The notes beneath the pieces were generated by a model, which searched no databases, had not been told where the DNA came from, and saw only the letters and a program-made list of their open reading frames with translations. The position numbers and the translations under genes are program-made. Below are positions 15,658-22,685 of a stretch of DNA of 24,941 nucleotides, piece after piece (positions within the stretch are counted from its first letter, which is position 1; the number at the start of each line of letters is the position of its first letter). Source of the stretch: a virus (Duplodnaviria > Caudoviricetes); IMG/VR virus record IMGVR_UViG_3300048606_000042, positions 1-24,941 of that record; one strand, given 5' to 3'.

Positions 15658-16085
15658 GGTACGCCAACCGGTGGACCCTGCCAGACGTGACGTTCTACCA
15701 GGTCGAGGACCACGGGTTCCCGGCGTTCGAGGGCCAGCCGATGTTCGCCTACGGCAAGCCCGACGCGATGGACTCTCACGGCCTCCCCAAGGTGGGCGAG
15801 TTCCACACCAGCCTGGACCGGGCGCTCATCGCCTGGGTAGGCGAGAAGTACACGGGGCCGCGCGGCGCCGGTGGAACGGGCGTGGGCACGGCGGCCGACT
15901 GGTTCGCCCGGATGATCGGCATGGACACGCTGGTCCCGATCAGCTACGAGGACCGGGGCAAGGTGGTGACCGAGATCCTGGCCAGCACGGCCGAGCACAA
16001 CGGCCCGCTCTGGCGCCGGGCTCGCGCCGTGACCGATGCCCTGGAGGCCCGGGGCCTGACGGTTGCCACGGTGAACACGCCGTGA
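15654..16085 (+). CDS. hypothetical protein
   Basis: ATG 15654 overlaps the previous stop, GAGG RBS; MRYANRWTLPDV... Confidence 0.75.
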   Translation: MRYANRWTLPDVTFYQVEDHGFPAFEGQPMFAYGKPDAMDSHGLPKVGEFHTSLDRALIAWVGEKYTGPRGAGGTGVGTAADWFARMIGMDTLVPISYEDRGKVVTEILASTAEHNGPLWRRARAVTDALEARGLTVATVNTP

Positions 16086-16264
16086 GCACCAAGAAGGAGG
16101 GGCCGCTGGCCCGGCTGGTGCGCAAGTTCGGGCTGGGCAAGACCGGCGGAGGTGGCGGTCCGGGCGGCTACGCCTCGTGCTGGGGTTGCTCGCTCGGCCG
16201 GTGCGGCACGATGTTCGACAACACGTGCGCGTGCTGCCGGGGGAATCACTCCGGGATACGTTGA
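16082..16264 (+). CDS. 60-aa peptide: amphipathic helix, Gly linker, Cys-rich tail
   Basis: GTGA overlap; MSTKKEGPLARLVRKFGLGKTGGGGGPGGYASCWGCSLGRCGTMFDNTCACCRGNHSGIR. Confidence 0.65.
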   Translation: MSTKKEGPLARLVRKFGLGKTGGGGGPGGYASCWGCSLGRCGTMFDNTCACCRGNHSGIR

Positions 16265-16289
16265 CACTTAACCGTCATGGCTGTAAGGT
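16261..16289 (+). promoter_or_regulatory. sigma70-type promoter overlapped by operator
   Basis: TTGACA-17 bp-TAAGGT, with TGACACTTAACCGTCA at 16262-16277. Confidence 0.8.
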
Positions 16290-16333
16290 TGTCCCTAGCA
16301 GCACGGGGGACAACTACAGAGAGGACGCCAGCC

Positions 16334-16522
16334 ATGCGCGCACACGACATCGAGACCCTGGCCAAGCCCACGAGCAAGGGCGGGGACGAGGTGGACGCGT
16401 TCAGCCGGAAGGCTCGTAAGGCGCTCAAGTGGCGCCGGGGCGAGGTTCGCGGGATCAAGACCCGAGCCACCCGACGGCACCGGCACGAGGTGCGGGAAGC
16501 GCTCCGAGTCGAGCGGTACTGA
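16334..16522 (+). CDS. small basic hypothetical protein (62 aa)
   Basis: GAGGA RBS, its own promoter and terminator; KGGDEVDAFSRKARKALKW... Confidence 0.75.
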   Translation: MRAHDIETLAKPTSKGGDEVDAFSRKARKALKWRRGEVRGIKTRATRRHRHEVREALRVERY

Positions 16523-16554
16523 GAGAAGCCCCAGGGGAAGCCCTGGGGCTTCTC
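16523..16554 (+). terminator. perfect 14-bp hairpin terminator
   Basis: GAGAAGCCCCAGGG-GAAG-CCCTGGGGCTTCTC directly after the stop. Confidence 0.8.
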
Positions 16555-16599
16555 GGCGTGCTGGGGTGGGTAGACCATAGGGGGAGGAGGTGAGGTCCC

Positions 16600-16791
16600 G
16601 TGGTCAGCTCACGAGGGGGCAAGTACGGGTTCGTCTATAAGTCTCGCCAGCGGGTCTACAAGGCTCTCCGGCGCAAGGGCGCCAGCAAGAGCAAGGCGGC
16701 GCGCATCGCCAACGCTGGCCGCTTCCACCCGGCCCGCTCGCTGATGAGCCGGAAGGCAGCACGGACACGCCGAGAGCGCGCCGGACATTAG
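16600..16791 (+). CDS. small very basic protein (YxALRxxGxSKxKAARIANA, DUF7218-like)
   Basis: Strong GGAGGAGGTGAGG RBS; motif recalled from small actinobacterial proteins. Confidence 0.65.
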   Translation: MVSSRGGKYGFVYKSRQRVYKALRRKGASKSKAARIANAGRFHPARSLMSRKAARTRRERAGH

Positions 16792-16822
16792 GCGGTACTG
16801 TGAAGTCAGGAAGGGAGGTCCG

Positions 16823-17023
16823 ATGACGGACGCACCAATCACCACCCAGGGCGAGGAGCCCGAGGACGAGACCGCCGAGGTTGAGCTGGACCCCCGGGTC
16901 AGCACGGTGGACGACGGGTTCCCCGTGTTCGATGACGAGGACTCCGAGGAGGTCCAGGACGCGCTCGACACCGACCCGGACGCCTACGACGAGGCTACGG
17001 CCGACCTGGAGGGCGAGCACTGA
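16823..17023 (+). CDS. small highly acidic protein (66 aa)
   Basis: GGGAGGT RBS; D/E-rich with one Arg and no Lys; TGATG overlap with the endolysin. Confidence 0.7.
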   Translation: MTDAPITTQGEEPEDETAEVELDPRVSTVDDGFPVFDDEDSEEVQDALDTDPDAYDEATADLEGEH

Positions 17024-17763
17024 TGGCGCGGCACAGCCAGAACGGTTACTCGGCGTGTGACGGCTCGGTCATCGCCAAGTACACGATCCCCAACAGCGGC
17101 GGGATCACGATCAACCTCCGCAAGGGTGACGTGTCCGTGGTCGCCCTGGACTTCCTGGGCTGGTACCAGGTCAACATCGAGACGTTGCGCCAGAAGGACA
17201 CCGGCGGCTACAACTGCCGGGTCATCGCTGGCTCGGACGTGACCTCGAACCACGGCTCGGGTACTGCCTGGGACGTGCGCTGGCAAGACCACGTTCAGGG
17301 CAAGCGCAACGCCGGGTTCAGCGCGGCCGAGGTCACCAAGATCAACAACAAGCTCAAGGAGTACGGCGGAGTGATCCGCTGGGGGAACAACTACAACGGC
17401 ACCCCCGACGCGATGCACTTCGAGATCAACAAGGCTCCAGCGGCCGTCAAGGTCCAGGCCGACCGCATCCGGGCCAAGAACAACCCCAAGCCCAAGCCCC
17501 CGGTCGTCAAGCCCAAGCCCCCGACCGGGCTCGCGGTCCACGCTCCCGGGAGCCGCACGCTCAAGCAGGGCGTCTCCCCCGGCACGGACGTTCAGTTCGT
17601 CCAGCGCTGGATCGGCCCCCGGCACATGGGCACGGCGGACGGCATTCCCGGTCCCAAGTTCGCGGCCGGGGTGAAGTGGTGGCAGGCCGATCACTTCGGG
17701 TGGAAGCACCCGGACGGCGTGCTGACCAAGGGCGGCCAGTCCTGGCACGCCATGGGTCACTGA
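17023..17763 (+). CDS. endolysin, M15-family Zn peptidase with C-terminal peptidoglycan-binding-like domain
   Basis: SQNG start, GGYNCRVIAGS..TSNHGSGTAWD, RWGNNY...DAMHFEI, Pro/Lys linker, then TLKQG..GTDVQFVQ...ADGIPGP...VKWWQ. Confidence 0.9.
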   Translation: MARHSQNGYSACDGSVIAKYTIPNSGGITINLRKGDVSVVALDFLGWYQVNIETLRQKDTGGYNCRVIAGSDVTSNHGSGTAWDVRWQDHVQGKRNAGFSAAEVTKINNKLKEYGGVIRWGNNYNGTPDAMHFEINKAPAAVKVQADRIRAKNNPKPKPPVVKPKPPTGLAVHAPGSRTLKQGVSPGTDVQFVQRWIGPRHMGTADGIPGPKFAAGVKWWQADHFGWKHPDGVLTKGGQSWHAMGH

Positions 17764-17779
17764 GCAGGAGGAACACCGT

Positions 17780-18148
17780 ATGACCCAGATCAAGATTTTC
17801 GGTAAGGAGCCCGCCCTCATCGTCGGGTTCATCGCGGCCGTGGTGGCCGTGCTGGCTGGCCTGAACCTGAGCTGGCTGTCCGCCGGTGCCTCGGTCGCCA
17901 TCGTGGCGGCCGTCGGTGCTCTGCTGACCGCGCTCACCACGCGGCCGGTTGCTCCGGCGCTGTTCGTCGGCGCGTTCGTCGCCGTGGCGGCCGTGCTGGC
18001 CCAGTACAACTACCACCTCTCGGACGGCCTGATTGCGGGCGCCGGTGGCCTCATCCTGGCCGCGTTCGCGCTGTTCGGCGTGCGGCCCCAGGTCACTCCG
18101 TCCGCGAGCCCGGTTCCGATCGCTCCGGCCACCGGCAACATCCGGTAG
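17780..18148 (+). CDS. putative holin
   Basis: AGGAGG RBS; about four hydrophobic segments, KEPA N-terminal and VRPQVTP C-terminal motifs; immediately after the endolysin. Confidence 0.75.
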   Translation: MTQIKIFGKEPALIVGFIAAVVAVLAGLNLSWLSAGASVAIVAAVGALLTALTTRPVAPALFVGAFVAVAAVLAQYNYHLSDGLIAGAGGLILAAFALFGVRPQVTPSASPVPIAPATGNIR

Positions 18149-18173
18149 GGTCGGGCTGACTGCTCGGTCAAAC

Positions 18174-18209
18174 GGAGGAGCCCCCGCCAGTGTTGACGGG
18201 GGCTCCTCT
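18174..18209. terminator. hairpin between convergent genes (likely bidirectional terminator)
   Basis: GGAGGAGCCCCCG-N10-CGGGGGCTCCTCT. Confidence 0.75.
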
Positions 18210-18220
18210 GTGCTCTGGGC

Positions 18221-18388
18221 TCAGAGACCCAGGATCTTGCGGATGATGCCCTTCTTCTGACCGCCGTAGACGGTTCCGGCGGGGGGCGCGGCCTTCTTGA
18301 CCTTGCTCTTGGCCACCCGGGGCTGGGCCGCATCGCGCGCCTTACCCGCCTTGCTGTGCTTGCCTGCCTCGTGCTGTCCGCTCGGCAT
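18221..18388 (-). CDS. 55-aa Lys-rich peptide with C-terminal amphipathic helix (not in ORF track)
   Basis: GGGGAG RBS and its own promoter; MPSGQHEAGKHSKAGKARDAAQPRVAKSKVKKAAPPAGTVYGGQKKGIIRKILGL. Confidence 0.7.
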   Translation of the reverse strand: MPSGQHEAGKHSKAGKARDAAQPRVAKSKVKKAAPPAGTVYGGQKKGIIRKILGL

Positions 18389-18430
18389 CTCGTCTCCCCA
18401 TCCTCGCGGCCCCTTGCCGCTCTGGTTACT

Positions 18431-18459
18431 ACCTTACAGGCATGACGGTTAAGTGTCAA
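18431..18459 (-). promoter_or_regulatory. sigma70-type promoter overlapped by operator
   Basis: On the - strand TTGACA-CTTAACCGTCATGCCTG-TAAGGT, 28 of 29 nt identical to 16261-16289. Confidence 0.8.
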
Positions 18460-18541
18460 GCCTACGTGCTCGGCGCCGCTCGGTCAGTCCGGCCAGGTGC
18501 CAGCGCACCGGCCGCACCACGTGCCAGTAGAGCCAGCTCAC
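18449..18541 (-). CDS. 30-aa Trp/Arg-rich peptide
   Basis: GTGA overlap with the upstream minus-strand gene and GAGGA RBS; MSWLYWHVVRPVRWHLAGLTERRRARRLDT. Confidence 0.5.
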   Translation of the reverse strand: MSWLYWHVVRPVRWHLAGLTERRRARRLDT

Positions 18542-18708
18542 CGGCCGATCCTCGCCACCAGGCGACCCTCGCGCCGGACGCCCACGGGCTCCGGACGGCT
18601 CCAGCCGATCCCCAGGATGCCCGAGGCGGCCGGAGTCCAGCGGAGGGTCAGGACCCGACGCCAGCGCCACCAGGGCACGCCCCGGCCGGGTCCAGTCCCG
18701 TTGATCAT
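18538..18708 (-). CDS. 56-aa Trp/Arg-rich peptide
   Basis: ATG lies 6 nt after the previous stop; MINGTGPGRGVPWWRWRRVLTLRWTP...LVARIGR. Confidence 0.5.
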   Translation of the reverse strand: MINGTGPGRGVPWWRWRRVLTLRWTPAASGILGIGWSRPEPVGVRREGRLVARIGR

Positions 18709-18714
18709 GCGTGC

Positions 18715-18834
18715 CTACTTCCCGGGCTTGTTGCCGCGCTTGGGCTTCTGGGTGGTCGGACGTGGCTTGACCTTCTTGGGCTTGACCGGCTTGCGCGGTC
18801 GCTTCCCGCTTCCGAAAAGGTCACCTAGTCCCAT
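18715..18834 (-). CDS. 39-aa Lys/Pro-rich peptide (not in ORF track)
   Basis: GGGGAGGAG RBS; MGLGDLFGSGKRPRKPVKPKKVKPRPTTQKPKRGNKPGK. Confidence 0.65.
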   Translation of the reverse strand: MGLGDLFGSGKRPRKPVKPKKVKPRPTTQKPKRGNKPGK

Positions 18835-18873
18835 GTCGCTCCTCCCCTGGGGTACCTCCCCGTCATGACTGCA

Positions 18874-18902
18874 ATGTTACCAGCCACGCCGGGGAGGAGC
18901 AA
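18874..18902 (-). promoter_or_regulatory. putative promoter
   Basis: On the - strand TTGCTC-17 bp-TAACAT, followed by the palindrome CAGTCATGACGG. Confidence 0.55.
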
Positions 18903-18905
18903 CCC

Positions 18906-19292
18906 TCAGAGCGCTTGCACCTCTTCCGCGCGCTCGGACTCGGTCCACACGTAGCTGGTGATGCCGAGCGGCGCCTGGGCCACGATCTCGCCCACCCATC
19001 CGGGCACGTCCGCCAGCTTGCCCTTGTGGTAGCCCCCGGCGGTCCAGGTCATCGAGTCCCGGGACTGGTGGTTGTCACTGACCCGGCCGCCCTTGAGCAC
19101 GAGGTAGCCCGAGACGTTGATCGACTTGACCTCGCCCTGGTCGATCACGAGCCGGGCTCGGTCCGGCCGGAAGATCCGGGGGACCTTGCGCCAGGTGGCG
19201 GTCACGTCGTGGAGATCCCACGCCGCGCTCGGTGCCTCTAGCTCCAGCTCGATCACGCGCGTGGTCTGGTCCTTGGTGACGCTGGCTTTCAC
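18906..19292 (-). CDS. hypothetical protein
   Basis: GAGGAG RBS, GTGA overlap, 128 aa. Confidence 0.75.
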   Translation of the reverse strand: MKASVTKDQTTRVIELELEAPSAAWDLHDVTATWRKVPRIFRPDRARLVIDQGEVKSINVSGYLVLKGGRVSDNHQSRDSMTWTAGGYHKGKLADVPGWVGEIVAQAPLGITSYVWTESERAEEVQAL

Positions 19293-19579
19293 CCTTGCTC
19301 CTCTCTGGGCTGGCCGAACCAGGAGGTGGCCGCCTCGTCCGCCAGGTGCTCGTCCACCTGGCCCAGCAGGTCCGCGACCAGCCGGGCGCGGCCCTCCAGC
19401 GGGACGAGCACGTAGCCCGCTCGCGCCAGGGCCTCGGCCTGGACGGTCGCCAGGTCCTTGCGGGGGATCTCCACGTCCCGGAATCCGTCCCGGGCAACCT
19501 CGGGTAGTGCGGCGGCCAGGGCCTCCACGGTCTCGTGGTGGTCGAGGGCGTTAGTCCAGCCGGTATCAGCGCTGGTCAT
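19289..19579 (-). CDS. hypothetical protein
   Basis: GAGG RBS, 96 aa, first gene after the divergent promoter. Confidence 0.7.
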   Translation of the reverse strand: MTSADTGWTNALDHHETVEALAAALPEVARDGFRDVEIPRKDLATVQAEALARAGYVLVPLEGRARLVADLLGQVDEHLADEAATSWFGQPREEQG

Positions 19580-19614
19580 GGTGCCTCGCTTCCTGCCCGG
19601 TCCGTCCGGGCCAC

Positions 19615-19647
19615 TTGCAACATAGCAGCCATGACGGTAAGGTACAA
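19615..19647. promoter_or_regulatory. overlapping bidirectional promoter
   Basis: + strand TTGCAA-17-TAAGGT (19615-19643); - strand TTGTAC-17-TATGTT (19647-19619); central CAGCCATGACGG. Confidence 0.7.
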
Positions 19648-19650
19648 CCC

Positions 19651-19845
19651 ATGGGAGTCAAGCTGGTGGTCTACAAGGACGCGGAGCCCGAGATCGGGAT
19701 CACGCTGGAGTACACGGCACCGGGCACGCTGGGGAAGGCACAGGGCTGGCACGGCACGTGTACGCAGTGCGGGAAGCCGATGCACTTCTGGAACCAGGAG
19801 AAGGCGTTCGAGGCAGGCCAGGCGCACGTGGACCAGTGCGAGTGA
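19651..19845 (+). CDS. small Zn-finger-like protein (64 aa), leaderless
   Basis: ATG 7 nt after the -10; WHGTCTQCG...AHVDQC. Confidence 0.7.
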   Translation: MGVKLVVYKDAEPEIGITLEYTAPGTLGKAQGWHGTCTQCGKPMHFWNQEKAFEAGQAHVDQCE

Positions 19846-19909
19846 CACCCACCGACGAGAACGGCCGGGCTGACGAGACCCGGCCGAACCCTGAACAGGA
19901 AGGAATGCC

Positions 19910-20497
19910 ATGACCAACAGGCAAGCCAAGAGTATCCCGATCGAGCCGCGCCGGGCGTTCCAGATGCTCGGCAAGCTGCTGGGCGGGCTGGCCGCGTTCG
20001 GCGTGCTGGTCTACATCATCGTCACGGCGGACAGTTCCCTGGACGCGGCCATGGCCGTGATCTGGGCCTACGTCGCCAAGAGCCTGATGGACTCCGGTGT
20101 CCGCGACGTGCTGGCTCAGGGCCGGGCTGAGCAGGCCGAGGCCGCGCGCCAGGCCGAGAACACCGGCGTGTGGAAGGCGGCCGAGGCCGGGAGCTTCACG
20201 GTCCGGTTCGAGCCGCTGACCGGGGTCTACTGGCTTTCGGGCTGGGTCGAGCCGGACCACGAGCTGACCAGCGAGGTGGCGTACGCCAGCGCGGCCGGGG
20301 TGTGCTCGATCGTGGAGGCGGCCGAGACCGAGGGGATGATCCCGGAGGATGACGAGGCCACCCGGGCCATCCGCGCTCGGCTCCAGGTCAAGGGCTGGGA
20401 CCAGCGGCCAGTCCGGCCGTACGGCGTCCAGGGCGGCTCCTGGCTCAGTGAGGACCTGGGCATCCACCCGAGGCCGGACGGGCGGGACTTGCGGTGA
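19910..20497 (+). CDS. membrane protein, hypothetical
   Basis: AGGAAGGA RBS; one or two N-terminal hydrophobic helices. Confidence 0.75.
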   Translation: MTNRQAKSIPIEPRRAFQMLGKLLGGLAAFGVLVYIIVTADSSLDAAMAVIWAYVAKSLMDSGVRDVLAQGRAEQAEAARQAENTGVWKAAEAGSFTVRFEPLTGVYWLSGWVEPDHELTSEVAYASAAGVCSIVEAAETEGMIPEDDEATRAIRARLQVKGWDQRPVRPYGVQGGSWLSEDLGIHPRPDGRDLR

Positions 20498-20649
20498 GCA
20501 TCCCGCCGTACGACCCGCCCCCTCCCCCGTCCGGCCGCCGGTCGCTGACCCGGCTGGAGGTCGGTCTGATCCTCGGCGTGGTGGCCCTGGTGGTGTTCTG
20601 CTGCCTGGGCGTGGCGGCGCTGAGCACGCTGGTTCCCCCGCCGCACTGA
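20494..20649 (+). CDS. 51-aa single-TM micro-protein (not in ORF track)
   Basis: GTGA overlap; MSIPPYDPPPPPSGRRSLTRLEVGLILGVVALVVFCCLGVAALSTLVPPPH. Confidence 0.65.
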   Translation: MSIPPYDPPPPPSGRRSLTRLEVGLILGVVALVVFCCLGVAALSTLVPPPH

Positions 20650-20662
20650 CACTCAAGAGTCA
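20647..20662 (+). promoter_or_regulatory. operator-like motif copy (TGACACTCAAGAGTCA)
   Basis: TGAC-N8-GTCA beginning at a stop codon. Confidence 0.6.
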
Positions 20663-20688
20663 AGGGCTGGCCCTCGGGCTGGCCCTTG
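20661..20688 (+). terminator. hairpin terminator
   Basis: CAAGGGCTGGCC-CTCG-GGCTGGCCCTTG with G-U pairs. Confidence 0.65.
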
Positions 20689-20696
20689 GTTCGTCC

Positions 20697-20724
20697 TTGA
20701 CTTCACAGTCATGACTGGTAAGCT
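20697..20724 (+). promoter_or_regulatory. sigma70-type promoter
   Basis: TTGACT-16 bp-TAAGCT; the spacer contains the perfect palindrome CAGTCATGACTG. Confidence 0.65.
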
Positions 20725-20753
20725 TGGCTCAACCGATCGAGAGGAACACAGCG

Positions 20754-21317
20754 ATGAGCAGCACGAACCGGTACGACCCGAGCGACCCCAACCACAAGGT
20801 CACGTGCGGCCGGACCAAGTGCGCCGAACTGGAGCGCGCGCCGCACCCGGCCGGACGCCACCTGGACCAGCGGGACGAGCTGTACGACGGGCCGGACTCG
20901 CAACTGGCGGCTACGTCGATGTACGTCCGGGGCAGCGCTCGGAAGATCATCAGCGACGCCCCGGCGCTCACGCCCGAGGTCGTGGACCTCGTGACCTACA
21001 TCGGGTTCCTGGAGGACCAGGCGACCCACGCCCGAACCGACAGAGATCGGTCGGTCCGTGAGGCCAGCGCGCGAGCCCTGGACTGTGCGGACCACGGGGA
21101 GGTCATCAAGGCCCTGGAGGCTCAGGTCCACGCGTTCGACCAGAGCGCCGCGCGGTCCGAGGCCGGACGGCTGGCCGTGCTGGGCTTCCTGTTCGCCGTG
21201 GACCAGCTCCTGGGCGGCACCGTCCGGCCAGACCTCACGGTGGCCGAGCTGATGGCCTCGCTCAAGGCGGCGGCCAAGAAGACCCACGCGGCACACGATC
21301 GGGCGTGGAAGCGATGA
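20754..21317 (+). CDS. hypothetical protein
   Basis: GAGGA RBS before ATG 20754; N-terminal C/H cluster and helical C-terminus. Confidence 0.75.
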   Translation: MSSTNRYDPSDPNHKVTCGRTKCAELERAPHPAGRHLDQRDELYDGPDSQLAATSMYVRGSARKIISDAPALTPEVVDLVTYIGFLEDQATHARTDRDRSVREASARALDCADHGEVIKALEAQVHAFDQSAARSEAGRLAVLGFLFAVDQLLGGTVRPDLTVAELMASLKAAAKKTHAAHDRAWKR

Positions 21318-21544
21318 GCGCCGGATACATGCGCCGGTGCGCTGGCAAGAACCGGCACGAGACCAAGAGCGGCGCGAGCGCTCAGCGCGCGTCGCTGGCG
21401 GCTCACGAGGGCCTGAGCAAGGACTCCCTGAGTGTGTACCGGTGCGAACAGTGCATGGGCTGGCACGTGGGCGGAGCGCGGAATGTCTTCATCACCCGGA
21501 CCCGGTCCGGCAAGCGAGCGAACAAACGACTGAGGGGCCGCTGA
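21314..21544 (+). CDS. small basic Zn-binding protein
   Basis: CAGKNRH...A...VYRCEQCMGWHV pattern; ATGA overlap. Confidence 0.7.
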   Translation: MSAGYMRRCAGKNRHETKSGASAQRASLAAHEGLSKDSLSVYRCEQCMGWHVGGARNVFITRTRSGKRANKRLRGR

Positions 21545-21545
21545 C

Positions 21546-21911
21546 ATGACGACGACCGAGGAACCGCGCCGGGTTGTGGCGCGGCGCGGCACCACGAACG
21601 GCAACGCCCGGGGAGGCAGCGACGAGAGGCGGCGCCGCCGGGTGTGGCTGGTCGAGACGTATCGAGCGGACAAGGACCTGGTCCTGATCCAGCTCCCCTA
21701 CGGGCCGGTCGCGGTCGAGGTGGACCGGGGGACGGAGGGCAGCGAGCCCGCGTGCCGGTGCTACCGGTGCGGCGTGCTGATGACCGAGGCGACGCTGACC
21801 GTTGACCGGATCAAGCCCGGGTGCCACGGCGGGACATATGCACGCTCGAACATCCGTCCGGCGTGCGGCACGTGCAACAGCTCCACCGGCGCGACGACCA
21901 GGAGGAAATGA
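21546..21911 (+). CDS. HNH endonuclease-like protein
   Basis: CYRCG...TVDRIKPGCHGGTYARSNIRPACGTCN. Confidence 0.8.
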   Translation: MTTTEEPRRVVARRGTTNGNARGGSDERRRRRVWLVETYRADKDLVLIQLPYGPVAVEVDRGTEGSEPACRCYRCGVLMTEATLTVDRIKPGCHGGTYARSNIRPACGTCNSSTGATTRRK

Positions 21912-21912
21912 G

Positions 21913-21981
21913 ATGTGGATCTTGTGGGGGCTACTCCTCGGGTTCGCGGTCTACGGGCTGATCAAGGCCGTGGTCCGATGA
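21913..21981 (+). CDS. 22-aa hydrophobic micro-peptide
   Basis: AGGAGG RBS; MWILWGLLLGFAVYGLIKAVVR; ATGA overlap with the next gene. Confidence 0.55.
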   Translation: MWILWGLLLGFAVYGLIKAVVR

Positions 21982-22535
21982 GGCCCGAACAGATCGTGGA
22001 TGCGACGTTCCAGGCTCGCGCGGTCCGGGAGCTGCGCAACGCCGTGCTGGCGGACATCGGCCACGAGGACTGGCGCCGGATCATCCGCGACACCTACCCC
22101 ACCAGCCTGAGCAAGGTCAGCCGGGTCTGGGTCGAGCGGTTCGGGGGGACCATCGACTGGACCGCAACCGACCTGTACGGCGAGGCCGTGCGCGAGCGCT
22201 GGGCGCGCAACACGGTGGCGGCGGCCGGGAAGGACTGGCGGACGCACCTGGCCAAGTTCAGCGGCGCCGTGCTGCCACGTGACCCGCTCCCCCCGCTACC
22301 TGACCCGTGGGCCGATCGGAGCGACCACCTCCACCTGGAACTCCCGGGCCGGGTTCGTCCGGTGGTCGTGGCGCCCGAGGACCAGGACGAGCTGTACGCG
22401 GTCCAGGAGCGCGCGGTCCGGCTGGTGGCGTGCGCGAGGGCCGACGCTCGGGAGATCCACGCCGAGCACATCACCGGCGGCCGGGTGTGCGCCGGGTACG
22501 GCAACCAGCAGCCCACGCCCAGGCCATCGCGCTGA
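21978..22535 (+). CDS. hypothetical protein
   Basis: ATG 21978 is coupled to the micro-ORF; 185 aa, GC3-rich. Confidence 0.7.
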   Translation: MRPEQIVDATFQARAVRELRNAVLADIGHEDWRRIIRDTYPTSLSKVSRVWVERFGGTIDWTATDLYGEAVRERWARNTVAAAGKDWRTHLAKFSGAVLPRDPLPPLPDPWADRSDHLHLELPGRVRPVVVAPEDQDELYAVQERAVRLVACARADAREIHAEHITGGRVCAGYGNQQPTPRPSR

Positions 22536-22685
22536 TCCTCGCTCTCTAGCTCAGTCAGCAAGCGGCCCCGGTACCCGTGTTCAGCGCGGCGGCCGGGGCC
22601 GTTCGCGTCGTATGCCGTTCTGGCCATGCCTCGTCTCGATCCGCATGTGTGTCTAACCCTCAAGTAGAGGTTGAGGGTTGCGCTC

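Noticed and set aside
19862-19890. CTGACGA followed by GAAC, resembling a hammerhead ribozyme core
   Set aside because: There is no GAAA and no proper stem II or III; CTGACGAGA is simply the loop of an 8-bp hairpin (CGGCCGGG/CCCGGCCG).
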